DNA of 64,000 nt. It comes from Promethearchaeota archaeon. GTDB taxonomy: Archaea; Asgardarchaeota; Lokiarchaeia; Sigyniarchaeales; SOKP01. The number at the start of each line of letters is the position of its first letter. The first letter of the stretch is position 1. Location: assembly GCA_016839915.1 (NCBI GenBank), contig JAEOTH010000109.1, positions 4,439 to 68,438 on the forward strand, written 5' to 3'. The notes under the pieces were generated by a model. It searched no databases, was not told where the DNA came from, and saw nothing but the letters and a program-made list of their open reading frames with translations. The translations under genes and the position numbers were made by a program. Below, one piece after another: positions 28,756-37,491 of this stretch.

Positions 28756-30432
28756 ATGCTTTCTAACGATTATTTATTTTCGAACATTGGAATTGACTCA
28801 ATTGGCTTTCATGCTCCAAGACATTACGTTAAATTAGAAGAGCTTGCCTTAAAGAGACGAGTAGATCCAGATAAATACAAGAAAGGCTTATTATCTAAAG
28901 AAATGCGAATAGCTGATATCGATGAGGATATTATTTCTCTCGGGTTAAAAGCAGGATATAATGCATTATTAAGAGGGGGTATCGCACCTAAGAGTATTGA
29001 TGGCTTATTCGTCGGAACAGAAACAGAAGTGTACGCAGCTAAGAGTGTTTCGAATATATTCGCCGAAATGTTGGAGATTTCGCCTAATAGTCTCACACAA
29101 GATATTTACAATGCCTGTGCTGGCGGAACACTAGCAATCCTCAATGCAATTGCCTTAATTGAAAAAGAAGTAATAACTAAAGCTCTCATTATAAGCACAG
29201 ATATCTCTTCATATCATATAGGCTCTCCTGGAGAGCCCACACAAGGTTCAGGTGCTATTGGACTTGTGATTTCGAAAAATCCTAGAATCGCTAAATTCAG
29301 TGAGAAATTTGGAAAGGTCTCAGGAAATGTTAATGACTTTTTTAGACCACATTATGATAAAAATGCAAGAGCATTTGGCAGTTATTCTCAAGATGCTTTT
29401 ATCAATTTCCAGCTAGAGGCGTATGATGACTTGATTAGAGGTATTGGGGATTTTCAAGCAGACTTTTACACGTTTCATGCGCCATACTCTAAACTTCCGT
29501 TAAAGGTTATGCAACAGATAATTCTAAAGCGTTGGATTAGACATATAAATGAACTACCTAAGTTTGAGAGAAAAAAGATTAGAACTTCAATACTCAAAAA
29601 GCTCGACCATTTTTTACATGATGTTACTGTCCTACCAGAATATCTTTATCTAAAACTAAAAGAAAGAGGTTATTCTTCCCCCACTTTAGAGAGATTCTCA
29701 TATTGGGTGAATACTCATATAAAAGAAAGAGTACTGCCTCAACTTAATGTTCCAATGCACTTTGGAAATATGTATAACGCCGCTCTCTGGGCACAAGTAA
29801 TCTACTTGATTGAGAATCATGCACGTGATCACGATACTATTTATTTTGGCTCTTATGGTTCAGGAGCTACCTGTATATCAGGACTTTTAAAGATACAAGA
29901 AGGATTTAAAGAAACAATTAAAAATGGACCACACATTAATGATTTTATAAAGTTGAAGCAGCGAAAAAGTGTTCAAGAATATGAATCCATTAAGAATGGT
30001 CATACGAAACCAGAAATATTCTTAGGTCGTATTGTTGAACATGAACAAAACAACAAAAGAGGATTTACACTTCATTTCTGCGAGGAGGGGTGCTTGATTC
30101 CAAATATAAAAGGATTAGACAATTGTCCTAAAGGGCATTCGGGATTCTATAAAAGATTTTTCCCTCTTTTTGCGAAATTGGATAGTGATCCAATAGTTCA
30201 GAAAGATATTAATGACCTAAAATATTTGAAAGAGGGATTGGTAAGAGTAACTTATACCGCGAGAAAAGGTGCTTCTTTAGAATATGAAATCCGGAGGGTG
30301 GAGAATGAATTTGAAGAAAATATCAATGCAAAAGGATTATTAAACTGGAGCCCAATATACATACCCATCCCTGAAACATATTTAATAAAAAGAGATCATC
30401 AAATCCAAGATATTCCTATTCCTCTTGAATAA
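28756..30432 (+). CDS. HMG-CoA synthase with ~170-aa C-terminal Cys/His-containing extension
   Basis: Thiolase-fold HMGCS blocks: GIDSIGFHAPRHYV, catalytic-Cys block NACAGGT, FHAPYSKL, GNMYNAALW, FGSYGSGA. The tail carries C-x3-C..C-x3-H (HFCEEGCLIPNIKGLDNCPKGH). Confidence 0.85.
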   Translation: MLSNDYLFSNIGIDSIGFHAPRHYVKLEELALKRRVDPDKYKKGLLSKEMRIADIDEDIISLGLKAGYNALLRGGIAPKSIDGLFVGTETEVYAAKSVSNIFAEMLEISPNSLTQDIYNACAGGTLAILNAIALIEKEVITKALIISTDISSYHIGSPGEPTQGSGAIGLVISKNPRIAKFSEKFGKVSGNVNDFFRPHYDKNARAFGSYSQDAFINFQLEAYDDLIRGIGDFQADFYTFHAPYSKLPLKVMQQIILKRWIRHINELPKFERKKIRTSILKKLDHFLHDVTVLPEYLYLKLKERGYSSPTLERFSYWVNTHIKERVLPQLNVPMHFGNMYNAALWAQVIYLIENHARDHDTIYFGSYGSGATCISGLLKIQEGFKETIKNGPHINDFIKLKQRKSVQEYESIKNGHTKPEIFLGRIVEHEQNNKRGFTLHFCEEGCLIPNIKGLDNCPKGHSGFYKRFFPLFAKLDSDPIVQKDINDLKYLKEGLVRVTYTARKGASLEYEIRRVENEFEENINAKGLLNWSPIYIPIPETYLIKRDHQIQDIPIPLE

Positions 30433-30455
30433 TAAAAAATCTAGAGTTGAATCCA

Positions 30456-31016
30456 TTATTTTTTTCCCCATCTCTTAATTTCAGTTTCAATACAAAATTG
30501 ATCAAGAATTCTCCCCACAGTATGATCAATAAGTTCCTCAACAGAATCTGGCATGATATAATAAGAAGGAATCGGTGGGGCAATAACAACACCTAATCTT
30601 GCTAATTTTAGCATATTCTCTAAATGTATCGGACTTAATGGACTTTCTCTTACAACAAGAATAAGCTTGCGCTTTTCCTTTATAGTAATATCTGCTGCAC
30701 GTGTAATTAAATTATCAGAATATCCATTAGCAATTCCTGCTAAAGTTTTCATTGTACAAGGAACTATGATCATACCATCAGTTTTATAGGAGCCACTTGC
30801 AGGTGGGGCAGTTAAATCATTAACATCATAATATACGGTAGCTAATTGTCGAAGATCAGTAATTTTTATCTCAGATTCACTTAAAAGTACTTGCTCAGCT
30901 GCTTTAGACACAATTAATTCAGTTTTTATTTTTTTCTCGTTTAAAACCTTTAACAATTTAATAGCAATTGGTATACCTGAGGCACCAGTTATTGCAATAA
31001 GAATCATAATTCTCAC
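30456..31016 (-). CDS. ubiX: UbiX-family flavin prenyltransferase
   Basis: 186 aa. IAITGASG N-terminus, PCTMKTLAGIANGYSDNLITRAADI, KEKRKLILVVRESPL. This matches the classical UbiX/Pad1 pattern. Confidence 0.9.
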   Translation of the reverse strand: MRIMILIAITGASGIPIAIKLLKVLNEKKIKTELIVSKAAEQVLLSESEIKITDLRQLATVYYDVNDLTAPPASGSYKTDGMIIVPCTMKTLAGIANGYSDNLITRAADITIKEKRKLILVVRESPLSPIHLENMLKLARLGVVIAPPIPSYYIMPDSVEELIDHTVGRILDQFCIETEIKRWGKK

Positions 31017-31166
31017 ATATATTTGATTGTAAATTTACATTTCTTCTAAGTATAAATTAATTAGGAATAATAATTATTTTTTGTATTATTTTAAAGATTA
31101 AAAGTATAGCTATACAATTTTAAGACAAAAATTAAAGAAATGAGAAAAAAAAAGAATTAATTTAAA

Positions 31167-31763
31167 TTATTCATAAATTCCAGTGTAATATATAATAATT
31201 CTCGCAAGTCCATGTAACATTAGAGTAATGAATAGCAGTACGCTAATTATAAGATTAAAGTCAGTACTTAAAACAAATCCAAAAACAAGAATCACAATAT
31301 TAATTAAAGCAGCCCCAAACATTGGTGCACCCCCCATCATGATCATTATCCGTCTACTCCTAATTACAGACCAGTTTTCAGATGAGACAGCTGATATAGT
31401 TACGAATCCAACAATTCCGAGTATTAGATTCGAAATAAGTAGCATTATCTGCATTACCAGATCAGACGTAATAAATGAAATATTAAAAAATACTATTAAT
31501 CCTACAACAGTAACAATAAAACCAAATAAAATTGCTATATTTTGAGCCTTTTCGGCTTGATCTTTATCAGTAATACCAATACAAGTAAATCCTGCACCTA
31601 TCATTAATAAACTGACTGAGATCATCATTAATTGTGAATCAACAGTTAATGACATAATAACATAGATAGATAATACAACAATAATCATTCCAAAAAATAA
31701 ATTTAAAGTACGTAAATCGTCATCATCAAATTTTTTAGCTTTAATAGGTTCATCTTTAGTCAT
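31167..31763 (-). CDS. Integral membrane protein (about 6 TM), function unknown
   Basis: 198 aa, strongly hydrophobic segments throughout. No motif recognised. Confidence 0.5.
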   Translation of the reverse strand: MTKDEPIKAKKFDDDDLRTLNLFFGMIIVVLSIYVIMSLTVDSQLMMISVSLLMIGAGFTCIGITDKDQAEKAQNIAILFGFIVTVVGLIVFFNISFITSDLVMQIMLLISNLILGIVGFVTISAVSSENWSVIRSRRIMIMMGGAPMFGAALINIVILVFGFVLSTDFNLIISVLLFITLMLHGLARIIIYYTGIYE

Positions 31764-32068
31764 TTTTTACACTCTGTTTATATTAAATTTGGATTAGCTA
31801 ACAAAAATGTTAATAATTTAATCTATAATCTGGAAATATTTAAGCTTTATTAATTAATTTTTAAGTCAATTTAAAAAATTTATGGAATTGAAGGAGATCA
31901 GAAATGAACACATCCATAAAGGAAAGTTTATTAATGAAACTTAAGCCTAGAGTTAATTATCATTTTAGTTTAAGAGAAGCTATAAATACTTTTGTTAATT
32001 TTTTAGGAGTGTAAGTTGGTTTTTGAAAGGTTTACGAAATTTAAAAGAATTTTTGAAAATAAGGTTGT

Positions 32069-33352
32069 ATGATGAAAGAAATAGATTCAGAAATATCAGG
32101 ATTTTACAAACTTTCGATTGAAAATCGCCAAAAAATGTTAATCGATCTTTTCAATTTAACTCAAGAAGAGATAAGACTCCTAGAGAATTTTGGATATTTT
32201 ACGACAAGTCAGATTGATTCTTTAATTGAAAATGTTGTTGGTAGTTACCAATTACCACTTGGTTTAGCTTTTAACTTTAAAATTAACGATAAGGATTATA
32301 TCATCCCTATGGTTATTGAAGAACCTTCAGTTGTTGCAGCAGCTTCTAATGCCGCAAGAATAGCGAGGAAACATGGAGGTTTTCATTCAGATGAAATAAA
32401 ACCCATAATGATTTCTCAGATACAGATAACTAAATTAGAAGATATCGAAGTGGCAAAAAAATCTCTTCAAAAAAGTAAAGAAGAAATACTTAAGATTGCA
32501 AATGAGCAAGATCCAACATTAAATAAGTTAGGCGGGGGTGCTATTGATTTCGAGATGCGAGAAATAGATACTCAGAGGGGTAAAATGCTAATAATTCACT
32601 TAATAATTAACGTATTAGATGCGATGGGAGCAAACATAGCCAATACTATGGCTGAATCTATTAGTCCTTATATTGAAGAACTTAGCGGTGGAAAAGTTTA
32701 TCTTCGGATTATATCTAACCTAGCTATTCATAGAATAGCAAAATGCAAAGCTATTTTTGATAAAGAATTATTAGGTGGAGAAAAAGTTGTTGAAGGGATA
32801 CTAAATGCATATGAATTTGCACTTGCAGATCCATTCAGAGCAACAACACATAATAAAGGGATAATGAACGGAATTGTGGCTTTAACACTAGCTACAGGAA
32901 ATGATACTCGTGCTATTGAAGCTGGAGCTCATTCATACGCTGCCTTGAAAGGACAATATTCTCCATTGACTAAATTTCAAGTTGATTCGGATGGTAATTT
33001 AATTGCAGAAATTGAAATCCCTCTTGCTCTTGGCATCATTGGAGGAATGACTAAAATTCATCCAATGGCTAGACTAGCTCTAAAAATTTTAAATATTAAA
33101 AGCGCTAATGAACTTTCTAAAGTAGCAGCTGCGCTTGGATTAGCCCAAAATGTAGCAGCATTAAGGGCTTTAGCTTCAGAAGGAATCCAAGAAGGTCATA
33201 TGGCTCTTCATTCGAGAAATATTGCAAAGCTTGCAGGTGTGCCTGAGAACCTAATAGAAAAAGTAGCTAATAAATTAGTTGAGGATAAGAAAATTAGACT
33301 TGACTATGCGAAAGAGATTTTAAAAAGAATTCATAATAATGAAAACCTTTAG
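32069..33352 (+). CDS. HMG-CoA reductase, class II (bacterial/Pseudomonas mevalonii type)
   Basis: EEPSVVAAASNAA, DAMGANIANTMAE, ATTHNKGIMNG, GNDTRAIEAGAHSYA and ASEGIQEGHMALHSRN blocks are collinear with class II enzymes. 427 aa and soluble. Confidence 0.9.
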   Translation: MMKEIDSEISGFYKLSIENRQKMLIDLFNLTQEEIRLLENFGYFTTSQIDSLIENVVGSYQLPLGLAFNFKINDKDYIIPMVIEEPSVVAAASNAARIARKHGGFHSDEIKPIMISQIQITKLEDIEVAKKSLQKSKEEILKIANEQDPTLNKLGGGAIDFEMREIDTQRGKMLIIHLIINVLDAMGANIANTMAESISPYIEELSGGKVYLRIISNLAIHRIAKCKAIFDKELLGGEKVVEGILNAYEFALADPFRATTHNKGIMNGIVALTLATGNDTRAIEAGAHSYAALKGQYSPLTKFQVDSDGNLIAEIEIPLALGIIGGMTKIHPMARLALKILNIKSANELSKVAAALGLAQNVAALRALASEGIQEGHMALHSRNIAKLAGVPENLIEKVANKLVEDKKIRLDYAKEILKRIHNNENL

Positions 33353-33410
33353 TTTTATAAAATTTGTTTCTGTAACTCAAAATATTAGTGAAGTAGATTA
33401 TTTGAGATGA

Positions 33411-34721
33411 ATGAAATTTATGGGATTTAGAGAATATATAAATGAAATTAATGAGAAAGGTCTTCTTCGAAATGTTAACCTCGATGTGTCAAAGAAATTA
33501 GAGATCTCTGGAATTCTGAAAGAGATTGAGCCAACTCCAGTTATATTTAATAACATAAGAGAATCAAAATTTCGCGTTGTTGGTAATATGTTCTGTACAA
33601 AGAATGTAATTGCTTCATATTTCGGTGTAACTCCCGCCAATCTCATACCCATGCTCTCAAAAGCAATTATTGAGCGTTCAGAACCAGAAATTGTTACAAA
33701 TGCTCCCTGTCAAGAAATTATTGAAACAAGTGTTGATTTAGATAAAATTCCAATCTTATTGCATTGTGAAAAAGATGGTGGGAATTACATCAGTTCTGCT
33801 GTTGTAGTCACTAGGGATCCTGATTATGGTCAAAATTTGGATTTTCATCGAGCAATGCAATTTTCAAATAAAAAATTTGCTACTCGAGTAGTTAAAGGGC
33901 GCCATTTTTATAAATTTCTTGAAAAAAATGGAGAATTAGAAGTTGCTTTTTGTATAGGAAATACTCCAAACATTCTGATTGCTGGTGCAACTTCAGTAGA
34001 TATTGGTGTTGATGAATTAGAAATAGCAAATGCCTTAGAGCCCATTAAGGTTGTTAAAGCGAATTCTGTTGACCTTTTAATACCTGCAGAAGCAGAATTT
34101 ATCTTGGAAGGGCGCGTGTATTTAGAAAATAGACACTCCGAAGGACCTTTTGTAGATCTCACTGAGACATATGATGTGATTAGAGATGAGCCAGTTTTTG
34201 AAGTTAAAACAATCACTCACAGAAAAGACGCAATTTGGCAAGCCTTATTGCCGGGAGCCCTTGAACATAAAATATTAATGGGAATGCCACGTGAACCCAC
34301 TATTTTTAATAAAGTCAATGAAATGGGGGTTAAATGTCTTGATGTAAATATTAATCCTGGTGGATGTTCTTGGTTACATGCTATTGTTCAAATTGACAAA
34401 AAAGCAGAAGATGATGGCAAAAAAGCAATAGAAGGCGCTTTTATGGGGCATACAAGTTGTAAACATGTTTTTATTGTTGATGAAGATATTAATATTTATG
34501 ATCCTTTGGCCGTAGAATGGAGCTTTTCAACCCGGTTTCAAGGAGATACCAGAATGATTGTTAAGGATAAAGAACCAGGAAGCAGTTTAGATCCTAGCGC
34601 TGAGCCTCAAACGAAAATGACAACGAAAATTGGCTTTGATTTAACTAAACCCCTCTTGGTCAAAGGAAAAAGTTTTGATATAGCTGAATTCCCAAATGTG
34701 GATATCAATAAATATTTTTAA
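33411..34721 (+). CDS. UbiD-family decarboxylase (candidate trans-anhydromevalonate 5-phosphate decarboxylase)
   Basis: 436 aa with UbiD-like blocks (DGGNYISSAVVVTRDPDYGQNLDFHRAM). Context is UbiX, aconitase-X subunits and IPK. Confidence 0.8.
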   Translation: MKFMGFREYINEINEKGLLRNVNLDVSKKLEISGILKEIEPTPVIFNNIRESKFRVVGNMFCTKNVIASYFGVTPANLIPMLSKAIIERSEPEIVTNAPCQEIIETSVDLDKIPILLHCEKDGGNYISSAVVVTRDPDYGQNLDFHRAMQFSNKKFATRVVKGRHFYKFLEKNGELEVAFCIGNTPNILIAGATSVDIGVDELEIANALEPIKVVKANSVDLLIPAEAEFILEGRVYLENRHSEGPFVDLTETYDVIRDEPVFEVKTITHRKDAIWQALLPGALEHKILMGMPREPTIFNKVNEMGVKCLDVNINPGGCSWLHAIVQIDKKAEDDGKKAIEGAFMGHTSCKHVFIVDEDINIYDPLAVEWSFSTRFQGDTRMIVKDKEPGSSLDPSAEPQTKMTTKIGFDLTKPLLVKGKSFDIAEFPNVDINKYF

Positions 34722-34736
34722 GATGAGGATATAAAA

Positions 34737-35930
34737 ATGAAATTAACAACAGAAGAACAGGACATGCTAGATGGTAAGTATGGAAAAGCTGCTCAGAAAT
34801 CAATGGAGATTTTAACTACATTAGGCGAAATTTTTGATGCGGAATGTATGATTGATGTTTATGGTGTACAAATAGCTGGAGTTTCATATGCTAATCTTGG
34901 TGAAGCGGGTCTGGAATTCTTAAGCGAAATGGCAGAGGATGGCAAAGTTAGGGTCTTAACAACTTTAAATCCAGCTGGAATGGATCGAGAAAATTGGCAA
35001 GCTTTAGGGATAGATAAAGAATTTGCTAAAAATCAGAATCGAGCAATCGATGCTTTTGCTAAAATGGGCATAATTACAACTTGTTCTTGTACACCCTATT
35101 TAATTGGGAATTCTCCTCATTTTGGCCAACATATTGCTTGGGCTGAAAGTAGTGCTGTTTGCTATTCTAATTCAGTTATTGGTGCACGAACTAATCGTGA
35201 AGGAGGTCCAAGTGCATTAGCGTCTGCCATTACAGGGAAAACACCTAAATATGGGTATCATCTAGATAAAAACCGTCACGGGGAAGTTTTAATAAAAGTT
35301 AATGCCCCTGTTAAAGGTACAGACGAATTTGGAGTATTAGGAAAAATAATTGGAGATAAGTTGGTTGAGATAGGAAAAAAAATTCCTTATATAACTGGCA
35401 TACCTAACGCAACTGTGGAAGAACTCAAATCATTTTGTGCATCTATCGCAACATATGGGGGGACTGCGTTATTCCATATGCAAGAAATAACTCCAGAATA
35501 TAATGAATATCCTAAACCAAGTAATATTACTTTTGAAATAAATCAAGAAGATTTGGATAAAACACGAAAGGAACTCATTGATGGTGATATTGAAATAGAT
35601 TTTGTTAGTATAGGCTGCCCTCATGCTTCAATTCATGAAATTGAAAAAATCGCCAGTCTATTAAAAGGAAAAAACGTTAAAAAAGAATTTTGGATTACAA
35701 CAGCACGGCCTACAAAAAGAATAGCTGATGAAGTCGGCTATTCTAAAATAATTGAAGATGCAGGAGCGAAATTTGCAGCAGATACATGCTGTGTTGTGGC
35801 TCCAATTAAGGGACGCTTTAAAGGAATAATGGTAGATTCAGCAAAAGCGTGTTATTATGGTCGAGCAAAAAATAAGTTTAAAGTCAAAATCGGTTCAGTC
35901 GAGGATTGTGTGAAGGAGGCAATAAAATGA
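34737..35930 (+). CDS. Aconitase-X catalytic subunit (DUF521); candidate phosphomevalonate dehydratase large subunit
   Basis: N-terminus LTTEEQDMLDGKYGKAAQKSMEIL, conserved Cys-containing blocks (TCSCTPY, IGCPHAS, ADTCCVVAP). 397 aa. Confidence 0.8.
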   Translation: MKLTTEEQDMLDGKYGKAAQKSMEILTTLGEIFDAECMIDVYGVQIAGVSYANLGEAGLEFLSEMAEDGKVRVLTTLNPAGMDRENWQALGIDKEFAKNQNRAIDAFAKMGIITTCSCTPYLIGNSPHFGQHIAWAESSAVCYSNSVIGARTNREGGPSALASAITGKTPKYGYHLDKNRHGEVLIKVNAPVKGTDEFGVLGKIIGDKLVEIGKKIPYITGIPNATVEELKSFCASIATYGGTALFHMQEITPEYNEYPKPSNITFEINQEDLDKTRKELIDGDIEIDFVSIGCPHASIHEIEKIASLLKGKNVKKEFWITTARPTKRIADEVGYSKIIEDAGAKFAADTCCVVAPIKGRFKGIMVDSAKACYYGRAKNKFKVKIGSVEDCVKEAIK

Positions 35931-36319
35931 AATTAAATGGAAGAAAAATCTATAAGGGCACTGCTAAAGCAGAAGCGATTGTTACTAAAGATGGTATCTC
36001 ATTTTATGGTGGTGTTGATCCTGATACAGGAACAATAGTAGAAGTTGGACATGAACTTGAAGGGCAATCAATAACAGGTAAAGTTTTAGTTTTTCCTACT
36101 GGTAAAGGATCTACGGTAGGATCATATACCTTGTACAGGATGAAAAAAAATAATATGGCTCCAGCTGCGATAGTTAATAAACAAATTGATACGATAATAG
36201 CAGTAGGTTGTATTATCAGTGAAATTCCTTGTGTAGATAAGATTGATATTGATAACATAAAAACTGGGCAAAAACTCATTGTTAATGGTTCAGAAGGAAC
36301 TATTGAAATAATAGATTAG
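35927..36319 (+). CDS. Aconitase-X swivel-domain subunit (DUF126); candidate phosphomevalonate dehydratase small subunit
   Basis: GTAKAEAIVTKDGISFYGGVDPDTG.., GKVLVFPTGKGSTVGSY, APAAIV. ATG 35927 overlaps the upstream stop (ATGA) and follows SD GAAGGAGG. The 35906 start in the ORF track is unlikely. Confidence 0.8.
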   Translation: MKLNGRKIYKGTAKAEAIVTKDGISFYGGVDPDTGTIVEVGHELEGQSITGKVLVFPTGKGSTVGSYTLYRMKKNNMAPAAIVNKQIDTIIAVGCIISEIPCVDKIDIDNIKTGQKLIVNGSEGTIEIID

Positions 36320-36335
36320 TTTAATTTTGGTATAT

Positions 36336-37346
36336 ATGAAATCTTCTGCGATTGCTCATTCAAATATTGCGCTGATAAAATATTGGGGTAATTGGAATAA
36401 GGTGTCCCCAGAGCTAAATATACCTTTAAATGATAGCGTAAGCATGACAAAATATGGCTTCTCGCAAAATACTCACTTACAAACCCATACGACAATAGAA
36501 TTTTCAGAGGATTTTAAGGAAAATAAGGCGATTTTGAATGATAATCTCTTAAAAGGAAGAGATATGGAAAGGATTCTAAAAATCATTAATGCATTAAAGA
36601 AATTAAAAAAAATAGACTATAAGTTCAAAATGATAAGCTTTAATGATTTTCCTACCCAAGCAGGATTAGCATCTTCGGCTGCTGGTTTTGCAGCACTTAC
36701 TATTGCTGCAGCAAAAGCATTAAATTTGGATCTATCTCAAGAGGAATTATCTACATTTGCTAGATTAGGTTCTGGTTCTGCAGCACGCTCAATCCATGGT
36801 GGATTTGTATATTGGTATCGGGGTACATCCCATGAAACCTCTTATGCAGAACAGATATGTGGTCCAAATAATTTTGATGTAAACGCAATTATTGCAATTA
36901 TAGATGAAGGGAAAAAGGATGTCAGCTCAGATTTGGGTCATGAATTGGCAAACACAAGTATTTTTAATACATTGCGTGTTAAAAAATCGCATGAACAGGC
37001 TGATGAAATCAAAGCAGCAATTTTAGATGATGATTTTAATAAATTTGGAACGATTGCTGAAAATAATTGTATGTTTATGCATTCCGTAATGATGACATCT
37101 GAACCAGCTTTATTTTATTGGAGTCCACTCACTTTACGAGTAATAAAGAAAGTGTTAAACATTCGAAAAGCTGAAAATTTAGATTGTTTTTTTACTATTG
37201 ATGCAGGACCAAACGTACACTGTCTATGCAGACCAGAAAATACTGAATATATTCAAAATATGTTAGCGAAAATTGAAGGTATCGAAAAAACCATTCTTGT
37301 AAAACCTGCTAATGATTCTTATACAACAAATGAGCATTTATTTTAA
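36336..37346 (+). CDS. GHMP-family diphosphomevalonate decarboxylase homolog (MVD-like; substrate uncertain)
   Basis: AHSNIALIKYWG, PLNDSVSMT, FPTQAGLASSAAGFAAL, RLGSGSAARS. ATG 36336 (the ORF track gives TTG 36327). Confidence 0.8.
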   Translation: MKSSAIAHSNIALIKYWGNWNKVSPELNIPLNDSVSMTKYGFSQNTHLQTHTTIEFSEDFKENKAILNDNLLKGRDMERILKIINALKKLKKIDYKFKMISFNDFPTQAGLASSAAGFAALTIAAAKALNLDLSQEELSTFARLGSGSAARSIHGGFVYWYRGTSHETSYAEQICGPNNFDVNAIIAIIDEGKKDVSSDLGHELANTSIFNTLRVKKSHEQADEIKAAILDDDFNKFGTIAENNCMFMHSVMMTSEPALFYWSPLTLRVIKKVLNIRKAENLDCFFTIDAGPNVHCLCRPENTEYIQNMLAKIEGIEKTILVKPANDSYTTNEHLF

Positions 37347-37491
37347 TACTACTTAAAATTGTAATCTGTCTTTATCCAACTTTTTAAATAAAGTCAAAAA
37401 CTATCTAATTAAGTTATAGATTAAGATATTTATGAAGATTTGGATATTCTCAAATTATATCCTATCAAACGTTTATAAAAGGTGAAAAATT

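Noticed and set aside
31881-32015. Small ORFs upstream of HMG-CoA reductase (MELKEIRNEHIHKGKFINET; MNTSIKESLLMKLKPRVNYHFSLREAINTFVNFLGV)
   Set aside because: Too short, with no ribosome-binding site or motif. The region is more likely a promoter or 5' leader.
35906-35926. Longer start (MCEGGNK..) for the aconitase-X small subunit
   Set aside because: It lies inside the upstream gene. ATG 35927 has a GAAGGAGG ribosome-binding site and an ATGA stop-start overlap.
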